From positions 10,039 to 74,038 of the forward strand of contig JAXMCO010000007.1 in the NCBI GenBank assembly GCA_046349335.1: a stretch of DNA of 64,000 nt, given 5' to 3'. Position numbers and translations under genes: made by a program. The notes under the pieces are model-generated. The model ran no database searches. It saw only the letters and a list, made by a program, of their open reading frames with translations, and was not told where the DNA came from. Below, one piece after another: positions 60,282-64,000 of the stretch. Position 1 is the stretch's first letter. Every line of letters begins with the position of its first letter. Origin of the DNA: Reyranellaceae bacterium. GTDB taxonomy: Bacteria > Pseudomonadota > Alphaproteobacteria > Reyranellales > Reyranellaceae.

Positions 60282-61442
60282 ATGCCACACCCGATCTTCA
60301 CAGAAGAGCACGACCTCATTCGCAGCCAGCTCCGCCGCTTCGTCGACGAGCAGGTCAAGCCCTCCGGCCCGCAATGGGAGGAGGACGGCTTCGTGCCTCG
60401 CGCGGTCCTGAAGCGGATGGGCGAGCTCGGGCTGTTTTCGCTCCGGGTGCCCGAGGCATTGGGCGGCGCTGGGCTCGATGCGCGCGCGTCCGTTGTGCTG
60501 GCCGAGGAGGTCGGCCGGTCGACCCATGGCGGCTTCGCCATCACCGTCCTGGTCCATACCGACATGGCGAGCCCCCACTTGGTCCGCTTCGGCAGCAAGC
60601 GTCAGCTCGAGAAATACCTGCCGGGCGTCATGGCCGGCACGACCGTCACCGCGGTCGGCGTTACCGAGCCGGGCGCGGGTTCCGATGTTGCCGGCGTGCG
60701 CACCCGCGCGGTGCGCGACGGCAACGACTACGTGCTGAACGGCACCAAGATGTTCATCACCAACGGCGTTCATGGCGACCTCTATTTCATCGCCGCGCGC
60801 ACCGATCCCGAGGCCAAGGGCAGCCGGGCGCTCACCATGTTCATCGTCGAGAAGGGCACGCAGGGCTTTCGCGTCGGGCGGGCGCTCGACAAGACCGGCT
60901 GGCGTTCGTCCGACACCGCCGAGCTGATCTTCGAGGATTGCCGGATTCCCGCGGAGAACGTGCTGGGTGAGCCCAATCGCGGCTTCTACGCGATCATGGC
61001 CAATTTCCAGACCGAACGGCTGGTGATCGGCGCCATGGCGATGGCCGAGGCACGCGAGGCAATCCGGCTGACCTACGAGCACGTCAACGCGCGCGTCGCG
61101 TTCGGCAAGCCGCTGTGGGACAAGCAGGCGATCCGCCAGCGCCTGGCGCGGCGTCTCGCCGAGGTCGAGGCGGCGCGTCAGCTCGTCCACCACACGGCGT
61201 GGCTCGATGCCCAGGGCACAGACTGCGTCGCCCAGGTCTCGATGGTCAAGGCGCTGGCCGGCGATCTCGTCAACCAGGTGCTGTACGACTGCGTCCAGTT
61301 CCACGGCGGGATGGGCTTCGTCCGCGAGACCGCCGTCGAGCGCATGGCGCGCGATGCCCGCGTCCAGGCGATCGGCGGCGGCGCCTCGGAAGTGATGCTC
61401 GAGGAAATCGCCAAGCGCTTCGGCGCCGTGCTGGCCGACTGA
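60282..61442 (+). CDS. Acyl-CoA dehydrogenase
   Basis: [34 protein letters not shown]. Confidence 0.95.
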   Translation: MPHPIFTEEHDLIRSQLRRFVDEQVKPSGPQWEEDGFVPRAVLKRMGELGLFSLRVPEALGGAGLDARASVVLAEEVGRSTHGGFAITVLVHTDMASPHLVRFGSKRQLEKYLPGVMAGTTVTAVGVTEPGAGSDVAGVRTRAVRDGNDYVLNGTKMFITNGVHGDLYFIAARTDPEAKGSRALTMFIVEKGTQGFRVGRALDKTGWRSSDTAELIFEDCRIPAENVLGEPNRGFYAIMANFQTERLVIGAMAMAEAREAIRLTYEHVNARVAFGKPLWDKQAIRQRLARRLAEVEAARQLVHHTAWLDAQGTDCVAQVSMVKALAGDLVNQVLYDCVQFHGGMGFVRETAVERMARDARVQAIGGGASEVMLEEIAKRFGAVLAD

Positions 61443-61458
61443 ACGCGGCGAGACTGAG

Positions 61459-63177
61459 CTATTTCGGGGCGACCAGGAAGGGGCCGACAGCCGCCACGGC
61501 GCACTCGGTGCCGCCAGCTTGAGCGCACTCGCGCAAGGCATCGTTGATCGCGTCGGTCTCGCTCGGCCGGCGAACCGCCATGCCCAGCCGGCCATTACGC
61601 CCCAACGCGATGGCGCGCCAGTCGTCGGCCACCAGATAGCGGTCGATGGCTTCTTGTCGGCTGTCGCCGAGGTCGACGAGATCGGGCGGCGTCAGGACAT
61701 CGACGATGCGGTAGCGTTGCGGCGTCCGCACGACGACCTGCATGTCGATCGAGTACACGATGCAGGGGCGTCCGCTGATGTGTCCGCAGATTTGGAGGTT
61801 GCGCTTGATGGCATCGGATTCGGTCTCGCTGGGAGACCACCAATCGACGCGATTGCGGCCGAGCACGAGCGCACGCTTGCGCTCGGACTTGACGTAGCTC
61901 TCGGCAAGGTTGAGGCGGCCGGGTTCGCGAACCAGAGGCACGGTGGCCGGATCGAAAGCGATCGGCGGCGCGGGCCGAGTGGACGGCAGGTACGGCGGAG
62001 GCGGCAGGGGCGGCGTGCGGAATGTCCATACGACGTCGTTGCCGACGGCGTAGATCATGCACCGATCGTTCTCGCGTGGCTGCGCCACCTCGCGCTGCAC
62101 GGCCTTGTTGCATTCGTCGAGTGCGACCCGACGCGCCGCAGCGTCGTCGATGCGGCGGGTAGCGATGGCGACGTGACCGCGCACCGTGATCGCCATCGCC
62201 TTCGCACCCTCGGCCCGTGCGTAATTCTCAAGTGCGCGTCGGCGAAAGTCGGCGACGAATGGCACGTCTGCCGCAGCGTAGGGGCGAGACGTCGAGGCCG
62301 GCGGGGATGCTGCTCCCGGCGAGGCCAGCGGTGCGGCGGGCGGGGTGCTTAGCGTCGTCGATGGATCGGGTGTCGTGGCCGTCGCCGACGGCGATGAGGA
62401 AGCAGGCGCCGAGGTTGGCGCTGGCGTGACGGGGGCCGGGGCGGCACTGGGGGCCGAAGCCTGCCCTGGAGGGACTCTGGCTATCGACGCCTGCACTGTG
62501 TTGGTCGGCGTTGGCTCCAGCCGGTCGTGGATCAACCATGCGCCACCGGCGGCGACAATCGCGGCGACGGCGGCGATGCCGCCAGTGGTTGCGAGCCAAG
62601 AGGGACGCCGGCGCGCCGGCGCACCGCTCGCGGCTTGGACCGGCGGCGCCCCATGCGGGGTCAGCCGATAGGCATGGATCGGGCGCGGGATGTTCTTGAC
62701 GTGCTGCTCGCCCATGTCCTCGGCGCCCAGAGTGAGCTTGCCGACGATCTGCTCGTAGATCGAGGACGAGACGCAGATGCCGCCGTGAGGCGCAATCGAC
62801 TCGAGCCGGACCGCGACATTGACCGCATCGCCCATCAGGTCGTCGCCGCTTTCGACCACATCGCCGAGATTGATGCCGATGCGCAGGATGAGCTGGTCGT
62901 CGGGCCCGGCAGCGGCATTTGCTGCCCGCATGGCTTCCTGGGTCTCGAGCGCGGCGCGCACCGCTTCGACGGGGCTGGCGAATTCCGCCAGCACGCCGTC
63001 CCCAGTGGCCTTGAAGACGCGGCCGCGATGATGCTTCACGATCGAATCTGCGGTGGCCAAGCGCTGGCCGAGCAGCGCCAACGCGTGCTCTTCGTTGCGC
63101 GCCGACATGGTGCTGAAGCCGACGACATCGACGGCGACGATGGTGGTCAGGCGCCGGACGAGGCTGGTTTCGTTCAT
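61459..63177 (-). CDS. Class III adenylate cyclase with TM, Pro/Ala/Ser linker and repeated extracytoplasmic domain
   Basis: AVDVVGFS, KATGDG, RIGINLG, GDAVNVAVRLE; TM AAVAAIVAAGGAWLI. Confidence 0.88.
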   Translation of the reverse strand: MNETSLVRRLTTIVAVDVVGFSTMSARNEEHALALLGQRLATADSIVKHHRGRVFKATGDGVLAEFASPVEAVRAALETQEAMRAANAAAGPDDQLILRIGINLGDVVESGDDLMGDAVNVAVRLESIAPHGGICVSSSIYEQIVGKLTLGAEDMGEQHVKNIPRPIHAYRLTPHGAPPVQAASGAPARRRPSWLATTGGIAAVAAIVAAGGAWLIHDRLEPTPTNTVQASIARVPPGQASAPSAAPAPVTPAPTSAPASSSPSATATTPDPSTTLSTPPAAPLASPGAASPPASTSRPYAAADVPFVADFRRRALENYARAEGAKAMAITVRGHVAIATRRIDDAAARRVALDECNKAVQREVAQPRENDRCMIYAVGNDVVWTFRTPPLPPPPYLPSTRPAPPIAFDPATVPLVREPGRLNLAESYVKSERKRALVLGRNRVDWWSPSETESDAIKRNLQICGHISGRPCIVYSIDMQVVVRTPQRYRIVDVLTPPDLVDLGDSRQEAIDRYLVADDWRAIALGRNGRLGMAVRRPSETDAINDALRECAQAGGTECAVAAVGPFLVAPK

Positions 63178-63273
63178 CTGTCGTTGCGACCTCTGCACAG
63201 CCTACCCGACGGCTGGCCGCTCGGCCATAGGACGTGCTTGCAGGACCGACCTTGCTCTGCGAAGAGCGAGGAC

Positions 63274-63732
63274 ATGCAGTCTAAAGACCCGCGCTATTGG
63301 GACGACTACGAAGTCGGCATGAAATTCGAGCTCGGCTCGACGTCCTTCACCGAAGGCGAGATCGTCGAGTTCGCCCGACAGTTCGACCCGCAGAGCTTCC
63401 ACGTCGACGCGGCGGCGGCCCGCCAATCGATGTTCGGTGGCCTGATTGCCTCGGGCTGGCACGTCACGTCGAAGCTCATGCGGCTGTTCGTCGACAATTA
63501 TATCGATCAGCGGACCTCGCTGGGCTCGCCTGGGCTCGACCAGGTCCGCTGGCTGAAGCCGGTACGTCCGGGCGACACCCTCGCGGCGTGGGTCGAATGC
63601 GCCGGCAAGGTGCCGTCCAAGAGCCGCCCCGAGATGGGCATCATTCACGAACATTGGGGCGCCACCAACCAGAACGGAGAGCTCGTCGTGACGGTCAAGG
63701 GGATCAACATGGTGCGGCGGAGGCCGGCATGA
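63274..63732 (+). CDS. MaoC-family dehydratase
   Basis: YWDDY, FDPQSFHVD, GLIASGWH, KPVRPGD. Confidence 0.92.
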   Translation: MQSKDPRYWDDYEVGMKFELGSTSFTEGEIVEFARQFDPQSFHVDAAAARQSMFGGLIASGWHVTSKLMRLFVDNYIDQRTSLGSPGLDQVRWLKPVRPGDTLAAWVECAGKVPSKSRPEMGIIHEHWGATNQNGELVVTVKGINMVRRRPA

Positions 63733-64000
63733 GCCGGGCGGTCAGGGGACTCGATCACGTCGTGGTCATGGTCGACGGCATCGATGCTGCCGAGGCGGCC
63801 TATCGCCGGCTGGGATTCCAGGTTCAGCCGCGCGGCTTCCATCGCAAGCTCGGCACCGCCAATCATCTCATGATCTTCGACAAGGACTATTTCGAGATTC
63901 TGGGCATCGTCGAGGATACGCCGTTCAACGCCGAGCGGCGCGACTGGCTGAGGAACGGCGGCGGGCTGGCCAACGTGGCGCTGGCGACCGACGGCGCCGA
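63729..64000 (+). CDS. VOC/glyoxalase-like protein (partial, runs off window)
   Basis: ATGA overlap; MSRAVRGLDHVVV..LGF..GTANHLMIF..YFEILG. Confidence 0.85.
   Translation, partial: MSRAVRGLDHVVVMVDGIDAAEAAYRRLGFQVQPRGFHRKLGTANHLMIFDKDYFEILGIVEDTPFNAERRDWLRNGGGLANVALATDGA

Noticed and set aside
62290-62480. Possible tandem DNA repeat
   Set aside because: Low-complexity Pro/Ala/Ser linker coding sequence, not a periodic nucleotide repeat

Overview
GC-rich alphaproteobacterial chromosomal segment (gene content suggests a Reyranella-like organism; inference). It holds about 65 CDS, one tRNA-Leu(TAA) and one cobalamin riboswitch. I saw no CRISPR array, IS, integrase or prophage. Most genes are housekeeping or catabolic (map, upp, nadK, sodB, bfr/bfd, SDRs, LLM oxidoreductases, amidohydrolases, peptide ABC). 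Standout loci: (1) a B12-riboswitch operon with a CbiX-like/2Fe-2S ferredoxin fusion and a Nik/Opp-type ABC importer with no ATPase gene; (2) a RAPP-ending DUF2946 leader, hairpin, TonB receptor, Cys/His-rich beta-propeller, TlpA and PCuAC copper-acquisition operon; (3) a bufferin-type MNIO RiPP cluster (Cys-rich precursor, DUF692, DUF2063) lacking DoxX and abutting tRNA-Leu; (4) a bacterial URC1-URC4-upp operon; (5) two COG0523 chaperone/amidohydrolase pairs; (6) an adenylate cyclase with three Cys-pair extracytoplasmic repeats. Sequence-level patterns include repeated leaderless -10/ATG signatures and two probable CTG starts in CTGA overlaps. All family calls come from motif recognition by eye; no searches were run.
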